A stretch of 64,000 nt of DNA. Source: Octopus bimaculoides (taxonomy: Eukaryota). Under the pieces are notes generated by a model. That model ran no database searches. It was not told where the DNA came from and saw nothing but the letters and a program-made list of their open reading frames with translations. The position numbers and the translations under genes are program-made. The first letter of the stretch is position 1. Every line of letters starts with the position of its first letter. Positions 63,696-64,000 of this stretch are shown here, piece after piece. The stretch covers positions 29,954,086 to 30,018,085 of the forward strand of contig NC_068987.1 in assembly GCF_001194135.2 (NCBI RefSeq), given 5' to 3'.

Positions 63696-64000
63696 AGGCT
63701 ATGTATATATATATATATGTAGAACGACCATGCGAACCAAAGGAGAAATGGTGACGAATGGAAACAGGCTCCTTTTAACACGTTGCACGGTCGACACAAA
63801 ATATATATGATATATGTTATAATACTATAACATAGAGAACTGTGAAGTTTGCCAGCAAGGAACAGATAGAAATGCAACCGATAAAGATGAATAACAGTAA
63901 GATTTATTGGAGCATTAAACTGTATGTCTGTGTGTGGGTGAATGCGACATAATAAAACACAATATAAGACAGGCCGTCATGTAAACAAGAGTGTGTATAC

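Overview
Eukaryotic, AT-rich, microsatellite- and gap-rich scaffold. The SINE repertoire points to an octopod cephalopod (inference from recalled repeat families, not a database search). The left half (about 3.5-28.8 kb, + strand) holds the 3' part of an intron-rich gene for an unrecognised protein: a furin-like RHRR site, a 1.2-kb Gln/Asn-rich exon, several small exons, one C-terminal transmembrane helix and a short cytosolic tail. One candidate exon carries an in-frame TAA. The window also has one intact tRNA-Arg(CCU) gene, at least five SINE families, decayed pogo/mariner/maT transposases, piggyBac-, hAT- and Tc1-type MITEs, and RTE-, CRE-, Hero/NeSL-like and Penelope-like retroelement fragments. 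The most interesting signal is a set of minimal hammerhead-ribozyme folds from four unrelated Penelope-type repeats. One has a swapped G3-C8 core pair and lies in the gene's probable 3'UTR inside a 128-bp inverted repeat. Several long inverted repeats could form dsRNA. No CRISPR, rRNA or prokaryotic features. Most listed ORFs are microsatellite, SINE or N-gap artefacts.
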